Origin: an uncultured Thermoplasmata archaeon
GTDB lineage: Archaea; Thermoplasmatota; Thermoplasmata; RBG-16-68-12
Length of the DNA: 64,000 bases
Direction: 5' to 3'
Assembly (NCBI GenBank): GCA_963768855.1
Contig: CAVYJM010000010.1
Span: 96,001-160,000, forward strand
The translations under genes were made by a program, and so were the position numbers. Positions 28,708 through 39,124 of the stretch are shown here, piece by piece; positions within the stretch are counted from its first letter, which is position 1, and the number at the start of each line of letters is the position of its first letter. The notes under the pieces were generated by a model. The model saw only the letters and a list, made by a program, of their open reading frames with translations. It did not search any database and had not been told where the DNA came from.

Positions 28708-30123
28708 ATGGACGGGGAGCGGGATCTCGTAGACTACGCGATCGACTATGCACGGCAGCGCGGCGCGACCTACGCGGAGGCGCGGTTCGAGCGACAGGAG
28801 CCGGAGCAATTCATCCTGAAGAACGGCACCCTGGACGCCCTGTACGTCGGCGCGGACCGCGGGATCGGCGTTCGCGTCCTCGCGAACGGCAGCCTCGGGT
28901 TCGCCGCGACGAACACCCTGACCAAGGGGGACGTGAAGGCGATCGTGGACGACGCCGTGAGGATCGCGAAGGCGTCGCGTCGCAGGACGCCGATCACGTT
29001 CGCCCAGGAGGAGGCCGTCACCACGAACTGGTCCGTTCCGGAGCAGACGAAGCTCCTCGATGTCCCGGTCGAGGAGAAGATCCGGGAGATCCAGGCCGTG
29101 GACAAGGCCGTCACGGACCTCGGTTTCAAGACGCCCGCCCGGTACTTCCAGCTCGCCGGCAACCGCATCACGAAGTACTTCGCGAACTCGGAGGGCTCCC
29201 GAATCGGATCGTACAGCCCGCGCCTGCGGGTCACGTACTTCCTGACCGTCGCGAGCGGCGCGGACGCGGAGCAGACCCACCGGGACTACGGATGGTCTGG
29301 CGGTTGGGAGGGCGTGCGCGAATGGGATCTGGCGAAACGCGTGACGGACGAGGCCAAGTCCATGCAGCGTTCGCTCCGCGAGGGGAAGAAGTCCCCCGAG
29401 GGGAAGATGGACCTCGTCGTCGGCCCCCAGGTGTCCGGGATCGCGGCCCACGAGTCCTGCGGGCACCCGACCGAGGCGGACCGCGTCCTGGGCCGTGAGG
29501 CCAGCCAGGCTGGGAAGTCCTTCATCGGCCCCGATGGCCTGGGTATGAAGGTGGGGTCGGAGGTCGTCAACGTCTGCGACGATCCCACGGTCGAGCATGC
29601 GATCGCCTACTACGTGACGGATGACGAAGGGGTTCGCGCCCGCCGCAGGTACCTGTACAAGGAGGGCCGCGTGAACGAGTTCCTCCAGAACCGGGAGACG
29701 GCCGCAGCGTTCTCCACCCGGAGCAACGGCGCCTCCCGCGCGGTCAACTACAACGTGGAGGCGATCGTGCGCATGGCGAACACGTTCGTGGAGCCGAAGG
29801 ACCACAGCATCGAGGAACTTCTCGAGGGCGTCAAGTTCGGCGTCTACATGAAGTCCTTCATGGAGTGGAACATCGACGACAAGCGCTACAACGCGAAGTA
29901 CGCGGGGCGGGAGGCCTATCTCGTCGAGAACGGAGAGATCAAGCACCCCGTGCGGCGGACGATCATCGAGCTGACCACGCCGACGTTCTGGTCCTCGGTC
30001 GATGCGGTGGGCAAGGACTTTGAGTTCGAGGCGGGATTCTGCGGCAAGTCCGACCCCGGGCAGGCGCTCGACGCCAGCCTGGGCGGGCCGACGATGCGCC
30101 TCCGCAACGTCTACCTGAGGTGA
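28708..30123 (+). CDS. tldD: TldD family metalloprotease
   Basis: HESCGH (HExxxH), DDEG, RMANTF, GFCGK Cys ligand. Confidence 0.92.
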   Translation: MDGERDLVDYAIDYARQRGATYAEARFERQEPEQFILKNGTLDALYVGADRGIGVRVLANGSLGFAATNTLTKGDVKAIVDDAVRIAKASRRRTPITFAQEEAVTTNWSVPEQTKLLDVPVEEKIREIQAVDKAVTDLGFKTPARYFQLAGNRITKYFANSEGSRIGSYSPRLRVTYFLTVASGADAEQTHRDYGWSGGWEGVREWDLAKRVTDEAKSMQRSLREGKKSPEGKMDLVVGPQVSGIAAHESCGHPTEADRVLGREASQAGKSFIGPDGLGMKVGSEVVNVCDDPTVEHAIAYYVTDDEGVRARRRYLYKEGRVNEFLQNRETAAAFSTRSNGASRAVNYNVEAIVRMANTFVEPKDHSIEELLEGVKFGVYMKSFMEWNIDDKRYNAKYAGREAYLVENGEIKHPVRRTIIELTTPTFWSSVDAVGKDFEFEAGFCGKSDPGQALDASLGGPTMRLRNVYLR

Positions 30124-30127
30124 TCGG

Positions 30128-31441
30128 ATGGAGGACCTCGCCGCGCAGATCGTCCGGAAGGCGCAGAAGCTCGGCTGCCAGGACGCCGTCGCAGACCTCG
30201 TGCAGAATCGCGCGTACCAGATCCGGTTCGCCCGGAACGAGCCCGTGATCAGCAACCGCTGGCGCGAGTCCTACGCCTCCGTCTTCCTCGTCCACGAGAA
30301 GCGGGTCGTCGCCACGGACATCAAGGACCTCTCGGACGTCGACGGCGCGCTCGAGCGCCTCGTGAAGATTGCGAAGGCCTCCCAGCGCAACCCGGAGTAC
30401 GCAGGCCTCGCGAAGGGGAACTTCAAGTATGGCCGGGTGCGGCCGGACCCGAAGGTCCTCGCGCTGCAGGACGGCTCCGACTTCGTCGAGGCCGCGATCA
30501 AGGGTGCGACCGCCCAGGGAGCGAAGGAATGCGCTGGCTCGTTCTGGCGGTATGAGGACGAGCACTCCCTTGCCACGTCGAACGGGGTCGAGGGTCACGA
30601 CCACCGCGCGGGGCTCTATCTCTCCATCCGGGCCATGGTCTCGCTCGAATCGAGCGGCCATGGAATCGCCTGCGCCTCGCGGCTGTCCCAGTTCGACCCG
30701 GAGAAGGCGGGCCGCAAGGCGGGGCGGATCGCGTCCCTGGCGAAGAACCCGAAGGGGGGCAAGGCGGGACGGTACACGGTCGTCTTCGATCCCCTGATCT
30801 TCGGCGCGCTCACGGACCAGGTCGCGGGGCGGGCGAGTGCGTACGCAGTGCTCGCGGGATTCTCGCCGTACGCCAGGAAGGTCGGGAAGAGCGTGGCCTC
30901 CCCCGCCGTGACGATGTGGGACGACGGCTCCGAGGAGTCCCTCACGCGGAAGAAGTTCGACATGGAGGGCGTGCCCACGCGCCGGACCGCGATCATCCAG
31001 AAGGGGATCCTGAAGACGTACCTCCACAACACCTCCACCGCGAAGCGCTTCAAAACGAAGACGACGGGCAACGCGGGACTCATCGCGCCGGACCCGCACG
31101 CGGTCTTCGTGAAGCCGGGGGACTGGTCCCGCGACGAGATCTTCTCCGAGGTCAAGGACGGCCTATGGCTCACGAACACGTGGTACACGCGGTACCAGTC
31201 CTACGTGAGCGGCGACCTGAGCACGATCCCGCGCGACGGCATCTTCCACATCCAGAAGGGCGAGGTCGTCGAGACCTGGAAGGATATCCGCCTCACGGAC
31301 AACCTGATCCGGTTGATGAAGAACGTTGTGGCCCTGAGCGACACAACGGAGCAGATGATGTGGTGGGGCGAGGTCAGCATCCCGAACTTCGTCCCGTATG
31401 CGCTCATCAAGGACGTCAACATCACGCGATCGGCGGAGTAG
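30128..31441 (+). CDS. pmbA: TldE/PmbA family protein
   Basis: TldD/PmbA fold without HExxxH; FDMEGVPT, TTGNAG; directly downstream of tldD. Confidence 0.88.
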   Translation: MEDLAAQIVRKAQKLGCQDAVADLVQNRAYQIRFARNEPVISNRWRESYASVFLVHEKRVVATDIKDLSDVDGALERLVKIAKASQRNPEYAGLAKGNFKYGRVRPDPKVLALQDGSDFVEAAIKGATAQGAKECAGSFWRYEDEHSLATSNGVEGHDHRAGLYLSIRAMVSLESSGHGIACASRLSQFDPEKAGRKAGRIASLAKNPKGGKAGRYTVVFDPLIFGALTDQVAGRASAYAVLAGFSPYARKVGKSVASPAVTMWDDGSEESLTRKKFDMEGVPTRRTAIIQKGILKTYLHNTSTAKRFKTKTTGNAGLIAPDPHAVFVKPGDWSRDEIFSEVKDGLWLTNTWYTRYQSYVSGDLSTIPRDGIFHIQKGEVVETWKDIRLTDNLIRLMKNVVALSDTTEQMMWWGEVSIPNFVPYALIKDVNITRSAE

Positions 31442-31477
31442 CCCCAGGGGGCCTCTCGGGCCCGGTCCGTCGGAGCG

Positions 31478-31879
31478 TCAGCTCGACGGCGCCTTCTCGG
31501 CCGTCACGAGCACGGCGTTGATGACGCCGTCCTGCCCCGGCCGCGACGTGATTTTCGCCAGACCGATCTCCGTCTGGACGACGGCGCCCCGGGTCATGAT
31601 GTTCCGCGTCACGTAGTGCGGGTTCGAGGTGTTCTCCTTGACCGTGACGATCTTGACCTTCTTCGTCGTGGAGGTGCGCGGGTCGAGGACGTTCGCGAAC
31701 TCCGCCTTCAGGACGCGGACCTTGCGGTTCCCGCCCTTCGTGCGGTAGAGCTTGAGCCGCGTCGTGCCGATGAAGGCGAACTGCTGCTCGCGCGAGATCT
31801 CGCGGCGGCGCTTCTTCCGCAGCGGGCGGTATCGTCCGCCCGTGGGCTTCCTCTTGGATCGTCCTTGCCACAGGGCCAT
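31478..31879 (-). CDS. rps8e: 30S ribosomal protein S8e
   Basis: WQGRSKRKPTGGR, RTKGGN, NIMTRGAVVQTEIGLAKITSRPGQDGVINAVL. Confidence 0.97.
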   Translation of the reverse strand: MALWQGRSKRKPTGGRYRPLRKKRRREISREQQFAFIGTTRLKLYRTKGGNRKVRVLKAEFANVLDPRTSTTKKVKIVTVKENTSNPHYVTRNIMTRGAVVQTEIGLAKITSRPGQDGVINAVLVTAEKAPSS

Positions 31880-31941
31880 TCTCAGCCTCGAAGGGAGTCG
31901 TCCCAACTTCGCGGCCCTATAAGACGCTTACGGCCTCCGGG

Positions 31942-32913
31942 TCACGGCGGGATGAGCGTGCCGTAGACCAGGAGCGCGGTCAGGAAGAACCCGACCAGCG
32001 CGCCTCCGTTCAAGAGAGGGAGGCCCGCCTGCGGGTTGCCCTTCAACACGTACCGCATGAGGACCGAGAACCCGACCAGGCTGCCGATGAGCGTGCCGAG
32101 GGCGACGGTCAGGCTCGGGGTCAGACTCGGGAGGCCTGCGCCCACGGTGTTCGGCAGCCATGCCAGGGCCGAGACGCTCATCATGCCCGGGATAATCAGG
32201 TCGCCTAGGCCGATGAACATCGCCTCGCGCTCTTCCCCCTTCGCGACCTGTTCCTTGAGGCTCCGCTGCTCCGCGAACTTGTAGTCCGCCGATTTCGGGA
32301 TGACGAGCAGGACCGGGAGACGCTGGCTCGTGAGCTCGTCGGCCAGGGTCACCATGTGCTTCGAACGGTAGACGGCCCACGCGTCGTAGAACGCCAGGGC
32401 CACGAGCAGCAGAGTGGCGGGGATCCAGCTGAACGAGATGCCGAGGATCGCGGTCACCCCGGCGGCGGTGACCAGGCCGACCGTGTCGACCACGTACCAC
32501 TCGGGATACTTCACCAGGATCCACGTGACGCCCGCCGCCAGCACGAAGGCCAGGGCTGTCGCCAGGTTCCCCAGGTTCGTCGCGAGCGCGTCGTCCACGG
32601 TCGTGAAGAGCGAGGCGACGTCGATGGAGAGGTAGTACACCGGGAGCAGGGCGACGAAGGCGACCGTGATCAGGACGGAGCCGAGGACGATGTATCGGGC
32701 GAGATTCTGGCGCTGGTACTTGACCAGTCCGAGGATGATCGCCGTGAAGACCAGGATCATGACGATGTAGATGACGGCGTTCATCGGGTCGGAGGGGTTC
32801 TGGAACGCGGTCATGCCGTTGTAGGCGAACGTGGGGGCGATGAGCAGCGCCACGATCTGGGACGCCGCGAGGAGGATTCCCATGATCGCGATGGACCGGA
32901 TCTCGCGCTCCAT
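31942..32913 (-). CDS. Presenilin / signal-peptide-peptidase-like GxGD intramembrane aspartyl protease (A22)
   Basis: FYDAWAVY (YD), IGLGDL (GxGD), QAGLPLLNGG (PAL-like). Confidence 0.92.
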   Translation of the reverse strand: MEREIRSIAIMGILLAASQIVALLIAPTFAYNGMTAFQNPSDPMNAVIYIVMILVFTAIILGLVKYQRQNLARYIVLGSVLITVAFVALLPVYYLSIDVASLFTTVDDALATNLGNLATALAFVLAAGVTWILVKYPEWYVVDTVGLVTAAGVTAILGISFSWIPATLLLVALAFYDAWAVYRSKHMVTLADELTSQRLPVLLVIPKSADYKFAEQRSLKEQVAKGEEREAMFIGLGDLIIPGMMSVSALAWLPNTVGAGLPSLTPSLTVALGTLIGSLVGFSVLMRYVLKGNPQAGLPLLNGGALVGFFLTALLVYGTLIPP

Positions 32914-32920
32914 GGGCCGT

Positions 32921-33541
32921 TTACTCCCGTTGCACCCGTCCGAACGCGACGCTTCCCGCGATTTTCTCGATGAACACCTTGACGATCGCGCCCTTCGCGG
33001 TCCCGGGCACGTAGATGATGTACCGGTCGAGCTTGGCGATCCCGTCGCCCTTCTTCCCGATGTCCTGGATCATCATCTCGTAGACCTTCCCCTCGACGAG
33101 GGGTGCCTCCTCGACCTTCGCGGCCTTCTTGACCGACTTCACGGGTCGGCGGGCGCCGCAGGCGTCACACTCGAGCATCGCGACGCGGCCTTCCTTGACG
33201 AGGCGGGTGTCGGGCCGGCCGCACTCCTGGCAGATCACGTAGGCGTCGACGTAGGACCGGATGCGCTCCTCGATGTTCTGCGAGGTGACCTTGCTCTTGA
33301 AGACGACGCGGCGGCCCTCGAGGGTCCCGGCCGTGCCGAGCTCCCGGAGCAGGTACGTCAGGACCATGTCCGGGTCGCGCCGGATCGCTTGGACGATGTC
33401 CTCGAAGTTGCGCAGGATTGTCGTCTTGCCTTCGTAGGTGATGTCGGGTGCGGGGACCTGGAACCGCTCGCCGCTGCTGAGCGCGTCGGGCAGGGCCTTC
33501 TTCGCCCGTGCCAGGAGCTGCGCGTAGGAGAGGGAGGACAT
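32921..33541 (-). CDS. eif2b: Translation initiation factor aIF-2 beta with C-terminal TRAM domain
   Basis: ERFQVP, RELGTAG, CQECGRPDT, CDACGA; TRAM IQDIGKKGDGIA. Confidence 0.95.
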   Translation of the reverse strand: MSSLSYAQLLARAKKALPDALSSGERFQVPAPDITYEGKTTILRNFEDIVQAIRRDPDMVLTYLLRELGTAGTLEGRRVVFKSKVTSQNIEERIRSYVDAYVICQECGRPDTRLVKEGRVAMLECDACGARRPVKSVKKAAKVEEAPLVEGKVYEMMIQDIGKKGDGIAKLDRYIIYVPGTAKGAIVKVFIEKIAGSVAFGRVQRE

Positions 33542-33616
33542 GGGGAACGACCAAGGAGGGGCCCCGGTTTAAAGGTTTGTCCCCAGGTCTCCCATCCGAC
33601 CCAGGGATGGCACGGC

Positions 33617-35209
33617 TCACTTGAGCCCCGCAGCGGCCTTCACCAGTCCGAGGTGGATCGGGGACGGCCGGAAGGGCCGCGACCGCAGCTCGGGGTGGAA
33701 CTGGGACGCGATGAAGTACGGATGACCTTTGAGCTCAAGGACCTCCATCCTCCGCCCACCGTCCGAGCGGCCCGTGTACCGCAACCCGGCCGCTTCGAGC
33801 TTCGCGATGTACTCCGGGTTGATCTCGTAGCGATGCCGGTGCCGCTCGAAGATCGTGGTCGAGCCGTAGAGCTTCGCGGCCTTCGAGTTCTCGTCGAGGA
33901 GGATCTCGTGCGCACCCAGGCGCATCGTGGCCCCCATCTCCTTGACGCCGTGCTGCTCCGGGAGCAGGTCGACCACCGGGTACGGCGTCTTCGGGTTGAA
34001 CTCGGAGCTGTTCGCGTCCTTCAGGCCGAGCGATTCACGAGCGAAGCCCACCGTGGCCAGCTGGAACCCGAGGCACACGCCCTGGAACGGGATGTCGTTG
34101 TCCGCGGCGTACCACGTCGCCGCGATCTTGCCCTCGATGCCCCGGTCACCGAATCCGCCGGGCACGAGGATGCCTTCCGCCCCCTCGAGGAGCTTGGTCC
34201 CCTTCTTCTCGATGTCCATCGACTCGACCCACCGGAGGTTCACCTTGACCCGGCTCGCGGCGGACGCATGGTGGAAGGCCTCGATGTGGCTGATGTAGGA
34301 GTCCTTGAGGTGCGTGTATTTCCCGACGAGGGCGATCGTGACCTCCTTCTCCGGGTTCTTGAGGCGCTCCAGCATCGCCCTCCATTCCTTCAGGTCTTCC
34401 TCCTTCTGCGGGAGGTTCAGGGTCTTCATGATGTACTCCGTGAGACCCTGCCCGTCGAACAAGAGGGGCACATCGTAGATCGTGGAGGCGTCCGGCGCGC
34501 TGATAACCCCGTCCACCGGGACGTCCGAGAAGAACGCGATCTTCTTCTTTACATCGGGTTCGAGGGACCGCTCCCCGCGGGCGATGATTACATTCGGCTG
34601 GATTCCCGAGGCCCGGAGTTCGCGGACGCTCTGCTGGGTCGGCTTCGTCTTCTGCTCGCCGACCGCGCCCATGATTGGGACCAGGGTCGTGTGCACGTAG
34701 AGGACGTTCTCCTTCCCGACCTCTTGGCCAAGCTGCCGCACTGCCTCGAGGAAAGGCATGCCCTCGATGTCGCCGACCGTCCCGCCCATCTCGATGAGCA
34801 CGATGTCCGCGCGTTCCTTCTCCCCGACGGCGCGGAGCAACGCCTTGATCTCGTCCGTGATGTGCGGGATGATTTGGACCGTCTTTCCGAGGTAGTCCCC
34901 GCGGCGCTCCTTCTCGATGACGGCCCGGTACACCTTGCCCGTCGTGATGTTATGATCCCCGGTCAGGTTCACGTCGAGGAAGCGCTCGTAGTTCCCGAGG
35001 TCCAGGTCCGTCTCCGCCCCGTCGTCGAGGACGAACACCTCCCCGTGCTGGTAGGGGTTCATCGTGCCCGCGTCGACGTTCAGGTACGGATCGATCTTCA
35101 CAGGAGAGACCCGCAGCCCTTTGGACTTCAGCAGGACGCCGATGGAGGAGGTGGAGATTCCCTTCCCCAGTCCTGACAAAACACCGCCCGTGACAATAAC
35201 GTACTTCAC
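33617..35209 (-). CDS. pyrG: CTP synthase
   Basis: [59 protein letters not shown]. Confidence 0.97.
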   Translation of the reverse strand: MKYVIVTGGVLSGLGKGISTSSIGVLLKSKGLRVSPVKIDPYLNVDAGTMNPYQHGEVFVLDDGAETDLDLGNYERFLDVNLTGDHNITTGKVYRAVIEKERRGDYLGKTVQIIPHITDEIKALLRAVGEKERADIVLIEMGGTVGDIEGMPFLEAVRQLGQEVGKENVLYVHTTLVPIMGAVGEQKTKPTQQSVRELRASGIQPNVIIARGERSLEPDVKKKIAFFSDVPVDGVISAPDASTIYDVPLLFDGQGLTEYIMKTLNLPQKEEDLKEWRAMLERLKNPEKEVTIALVGKYTHLKDSYISHIEAFHHASAASRVKVNLRWVESMDIEKKGTKLLEGAEGILVPGGFGDRGIEGKIAATWYAADNDIPFQGVCLGFQLATVGFARESLGLKDANSSEFNPKTPYPVVDLLPEQHGVKEMGATMRLGAHEILLDENSKAAKLYGSTTIFERHRHRYEINPEYIAKLEAAGLRYTGRSDGGRRMEVLELKGHPYFIASQFHPELRSRPFRPSPIHLGLVKAAAGLK

Positions 35210-35214
35210 GTTAA

Positions 35215-35272
35215 CTCACGGGAATGGCCCATCGGGCGGGTCACACAAATAGTTTGTGCAGTGCCCCGTGAG
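35215..35272 (-). promoter_or_regulatory. Nested inverted repeats (three-stem element) immediately upstream of the pyrG start
   Basis: CTCACGGG(35215-22)/CCCGTGAG(35265-72) encloses GCCC-atc-GGGC and CACAAA-tag-TTTGTG. Confidence 0.45.
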
Positions 35273-35334
35273 CGGAACGACAAGAGTGGCGCAAAGTCTT
35301 ATGCGAAGGGATGCGCGTGATGCGTTCGATTCGC

Positions 35335-35910
35335 ATGCCGCAGGATTTCACGCTCAACCAGGTCCCTGGGCTGCTCCCAGGCGCGAAGGCCCCCGACTTC
35401 TCCCTCCCCGGGATCGACGGGAAGCCGTACTCCCTGTCGTCCTTCAAGGGGAAGCCAATCGTCGTCGTGTTCTTCACCTGCAACCACTGCCCCTACGTCC
35501 AGGCGTGGGAGTCGCGGTTTGTCGAGGTGCAGCGGGACTACGCCTCGAAGGGCGTGCAGCTCGTCGGGATCAACTCGAACGACGAGACGAAGTATCCCGA
35601 GGACGATTTCGCGCACATGAAGGAGCGGGCCAAGGACCACGGCTACAACTTCCCCTACCTGCGGGACGAAACCCAGAAGGTCGCCGAGGCGTGGAGCCCC
35701 GTCGCGACGCCGGATTTCTACGTGCTCGACAAGGATCGCGTGGTCCGCTACCGCGGCCGCATGGATGACAATCACAAGGACGCGAACGCGGTCACCCTGC
35801 GCTACCTGCGCGATGCGCTGGACGACCTGCTCGCCGGGAAGGCTCCGCAGGTCCCCCTCACACCGCCGTTCGGCTGCTCGATCAAGTGGAAGCCGGAGCA
35901 CTTCAGCTGA
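35335..35910 (+). CDS. Thioredoxin-like / AhpC-TSA redoxin family protein
   Basis: APDFSLPG, FTCNHCPYV, GINSND, YLRDETQ, TPDF, YRGRMDD, GCSIKW; start 35335 or 35311. Confidence 0.9.
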   Translation: MPQDFTLNQVPGLLPGAKAPDFSLPGIDGKPYSLSSFKGKPIVVVFFTCNHCPYVQAWESRFVEVQRDYASKGVQLVGINSNDETKYPEDDFAHMKERAKDHGYNFPYLRDETQKVAEAWSPVATPDFYVLDKDRVVRYRGRMDDNHKDANAVTLRYLRDALDDLLAGKAPQVPLTPPFGCSIKWKPEHFS

Positions 35911-35911
35911 G

Positions 35912-36679
35912 TCAGTGCGGTTTTCGCTCGCGACCGGTCTCTAGGTTCCGCAAGCGGCATCGAAGATAATCGTAGCTCGCGCGGAGGTTCCCGGCCCGGT
36001 CGTAGGCGCGTGCGATGCGCCGTGCTTCCGTCGGGTTCCCGCGCAGCTCCCGCGTGAATCTATCGAGGTTCACTAGAGCGCGGGTCAGTTCGTCCACGAT
36101 GGGCACCGTCGCGGCCTGCGAGGTCCGCGAGAGCGGGTTCAGGTCGATGCTGAGGACGGTCTTCCCCATCCGCACGAGCGCCTCCGCGCGGTCGCCGTCC
36201 TCGAGCGGGACTAGGACCACGTCGGCGCGGTACAAGCCCTCCTTGTGACACAGGGCGCGTTTCGACTCCAGGCCCGGGATCCGTGCGTCCGGACGGGGCC
36301 CGAGCACGTCCTTCGCCCCGGAGGCCTGCAGGTGCTTCACAATCCGCGCGACGCGCGCCTCCGTGCGTTGGAAGAGGTTCACTTCGATTCTCGCGGGGAC
36401 CGCCTTCGCGAGGCGCACGACGTCCCTGGGCGCGAGGGCGGCCACGTTGCCGTTCACGGAAAGGACCGGGCGCTTCGCGGTCAGCAACATCGCGGCGGCC
36501 GCCTTCTCGGCAACGAGGGCGGGAGCCGAGGTCTCCTCTCCGAGGAGATAATCGAACGCCTCTCCCCGACCCTGCGCGATGAGCCCCTCCGGGACCACGA
36601 TCCCTTTGCGCCAGGCTCGGACGAGCTTCTCGCGGAGCACGAGGGACTCGTACCGCGGGTGGGACTTCGGGATTCTCAT
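35912..36679 (-). CDS. 4-phosphopantoate--beta-alanine ligase (archaeal phosphopantothenate synthetase)
   Basis: IPKSHPRYESL, GLIAQGRGEAFDYLLGE, SVNGN, EVNLF, VPLEDGDR, IDLNPLSRT. Confidence 0.93.
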   Translation of the reverse strand: MRIPKSHPRYESLVLREKLVRAWRKGIVVPEGLIAQGRGEAFDYLLGEETSAPALVAEKAAAAMLLTAKRPVLSVNGNVAALAPRDVVRLAKAVPARIEVNLFQRTEARVARIVKHLQASGAKDVLGPRPDARIPGLESKRALCHKEGLYRADVVLVPLEDGDRAEALVRMGKTVLSIDLNPLSRTSQAATVPIVDELTRALVNLDRFTRELRGNPTEARRIARAYDRAGNLRASYDYLRCRLRNLETGRERKPH

Positions 36680-37740
36680 ACCATGGTCCTGATCCGGTCC
36701 ACGAACTTGCCGCAGCCGTGCCACAGCGGATCTGCCGTCGGCATGCGGTACTTCGCCTCGTACTCCTTCACGGTTGCCTCGACCTGCTCGCGCGTCATGT
36801 TCTCGTGATTCAGCCCGATCGCGAAGACCTTGCCCCCTCCCGCGATCTGCGCGAAGAACTCGAGCCACTCGATCTCCTCCTCGGGTTTCGGCATGGGCCA
36901 CGCGACCACGTCCCGGCGGAAGTTCCTTGTCTTCCGCGCCGGGGCGTGCATCATCAGGATGGCGGAGGGGAAGGAGGCCATGATAATCGACCGCGTTCCG
37001 CTCACGTATGCGGGATGGGAGATGCTCCCCTGTCCCTCGACAATGAGGACCTTGGGCTTCGTCTCCTCGTACGCGCGGACGACCTCCGCCTCGAGCTCGC
37101 CCACCATGAAGTCGCCCTTGATCGAGTCGAGCGGGACGCCGTAGGGGGAACCCTGAAGGAGCCCCGTCTGGCCTGTGGCCACGAACGTGGTCTTGATCCC
37201 CGCGGCGTTCAGCGCGTCGGTCAGGAGGAGTGCGCAGGTCCGCTTCCCGATGGCGCCGTCCGTCCCGAGGACCGGGATGCGGACGCAGGGGAGGCGGCGC
37301 GACTTGTCGCTGAACTGTTGCGCCTCCCGGATGTCCCGCGGGCGGCGGACGTCAATCAGCGTCACGCCGTGTTCCGCCGCGAGCTTGGAGAACTCGGGAT
37401 CGTCGCGTAGGTACTCGTGCAGCCCGGCGGCGACATTTACTCCGTGTTCGATGGCTTCTTTGATCAAGGGCCGGAACTCCTTCGGGATGTACCCGCCGAA
37501 CGTGGCCACGCCGATGATGAGGGAGGTTGGCCTTCCTTTTTCCAGGGCCTCTCGGAAGTCCTTGAAGATCGGGATGCCGTTCGCCTTGCCGTCGAGGACC
37601 TCGCCCGCGTCCCGTCCGGCCTTCGTGTGGTCGATGACGCCGACAATCTCGTAGCGCTTCGAGTACCGCACGAGGCCGTTCGCCGTCTTCCCCGTGTTCT
37701 GGCCGAAATAGCCGTCGCAGAGGATCACCGCGCGTTCCAT
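36676..37740 (-). CDS. DUF1611 family protein (P-loop; DgcN-like)
   Basis: GKTANGLVRY, GLHEYL, GTDGAIGKRT, ATGQTG, VEGQGS; ATGA overlap with the PPS gene. Confidence 0.85.
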   Translation of the reverse strand: MERAVILCDGYFGQNTGKTANGLVRYSKRYEIVGVIDHTKAGRDAGEVLDGKANGIPIFKDFREALEKGRPTSLIIGVATFGGYIPKEFRPLIKEAIEHGVNVAAGLHEYLRDDPEFSKLAAEHGVTLIDVRRPRDIREAQQFSDKSRRLPCVRIPVLGTDGAIGKRTCALLLTDALNAAGIKTTFVATGQTGLLQGSPYGVPLDSIKGDFMVGELEAEVVRAYEETKPKVLIVEGQGSISHPAYVSGTRSIIMASFPSAILMMHAPARKTRNFRRDVVAWPMPKPEEEIEWLEFFAQIAGGGKVFAIGLNHENMTREQVEATVKEYEAKYRMPTADPLWHGCGKFVDRIRTMV

Positions 37741-37858
37741 GGGACCGCATCCCGGGGGCCGAGTGAGAGGGGAGATGGCAGGAGCCGCATAAAGGCTCGC
37801 GAATGCCCGACCGTCCGCGGCCGGGAACCTACTTGAGACATGAGCCCCTTTCCCACGC

Positions 37859-39049
37859 GTGGAACTCGGGGTCGTCGGCAAGCCCAACGTCGGCAAGTCC
37901 ACGTTCTTCGCGGCGGCCACTCTGGCGCCCGCGCAGATTGCGAACTACCCCTTCACGACGATCGAGCCGAACCGCGGCATCGCTTACGTGCGCCACCGCT
38001 GCCCTCACCTGGACCTCGGCGTCCCCTGCAAGCCGAACAACAGCCCCTGCCAGGATGGCGTGCGCCTGATTCCCGTGGAGCTGCTCGATGTGGCGGGCCT
38101 CGTCCCCAAGGCCCACGAGGGCCGCGGCCTGGGGAACAAGTTCCTCGACGACCTGCGGCAGGCGAGCGCCCTCGTCCACGTGATCGACGCAACGGGGGGC
38201 ACGGACTTCGAGGGGAACGTCGTCCCGGCGGGCAGCCACGACCCCCTCGAGGACGTCCGCTTCCTGGAGGAGGAGCTCGCCCATTGGATCGCGGGCATCC
38301 TCTCCCGCAACTGGGAAAAGGAGGCGCGGCACGCCGACCTGGAGGAGGTGCCGCCCGAGAAGGTGCTCTACGACCGCCTCACGGGCCTCGGCCTCACGGA
38401 AGCCCAGATCCACCTCGCCCTGCGCGAGACACCCTTGGACCCGAAGATGGCCAAGTGGAGCTCGGAGGACATGCTCCACCTCGCGCACAGCCTGCGCAAG
38501 ATCGGCAAGCCTATGATCCTCGCGGCGAACAAGGCGGACCTCGTGTCCAAGGAGCGACTCGACGCGCTCTCGGCCGTGGAGGGCTACCGCACCGTGCCGA
38601 CGTCCGCGGAGTTCGAACTCGCCCTTCGCCGAGCGGCCGTGGCGCACCTCGTCGCGTACGAGCCGGGTGCGTCCTCGTTCCAAGTCTTGGACCCCGCGAA
38701 GCTCTCTGTGCCGCAGGCCAAGGGCCTCGATAAGATCCGGGCCTTCCTGGAGGCCCGCGGCACGACCGGCGTGCAAGCCTGCGTGGAGGAGGCCGTCTTC
38801 AAGCTCCTCGACCTCATCGTGGTGTTCCCCGTGGAGGACGAGACCCACTGGATCGACAAGAAGGGGAACGTGCTCCCGGACGCGTTCCTCGTCCCGCGAG
38901 GGTCCACGGCGGTGGACGTCGCCTTCAAGGTCCACACGGACCTCGGGAAGCACTTCATCCGCGCCATCGATGGGAGGTCGAAGATGGTCGTCGGCCGCGA
39001 CCACCCCGTGAAGGACGGCGACGTGATCAAGATCGTGGCAAAGGCCTAG
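37859..39049 (+). CDS. ychF: Archaeal YchF/Obg-family GTPase-ATPase with TGS domain
   Basis: [48 protein letters not shown]. Confidence 0.93.
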   Translation: MELGVVGKPNVGKSTFFAAATLAPAQIANYPFTTIEPNRGIAYVRHRCPHLDLGVPCKPNNSPCQDGVRLIPVELLDVAGLVPKAHEGRGLGNKFLDDLRQASALVHVIDATGGTDFEGNVVPAGSHDPLEDVRFLEEELAHWIAGILSRNWEKEARHADLEEVPPEKVLYDRLTGLGLTEAQIHLALRETPLDPKMAKWSSEDMLHLAHSLRKIGKPMILAANKADLVSKERLDALSAVEGYRTVPTSAEFELALRRAAVAHLVAYEPGASSFQVLDPAKLSVPQAKGLDKIRAFLEARGTTGVQACVEEAVFKLLDLIVVFPVEDETHWIDKKGNVLPDAFLVPRGSTAVDVAFKVHTDLGKHFIRAIDGRSKMVVGRDHPVKDGDVIKIVAKA

Positions 39050-39124
39050 CTCCGCGATCGTGCAAGGGGATAACCCCCGCGGCGAGCCAGTTTGCGACAG
39101 GCGGTTCGAGGGGCCTGGCGGATC

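Noticed and set aside
28708-31441. TldD/TldE pair as part of a RiPP (microcin-like) cluster
   Set aside because: No precursor peptide or YcaO/modifying enzymes nearby; the pair is a common housekeeping arrangement in archaea
32921-33541. aIF2-beta fused to a TRAM domain
   Set aside because: A known architecture in several euryarchaeal lineages; not novel
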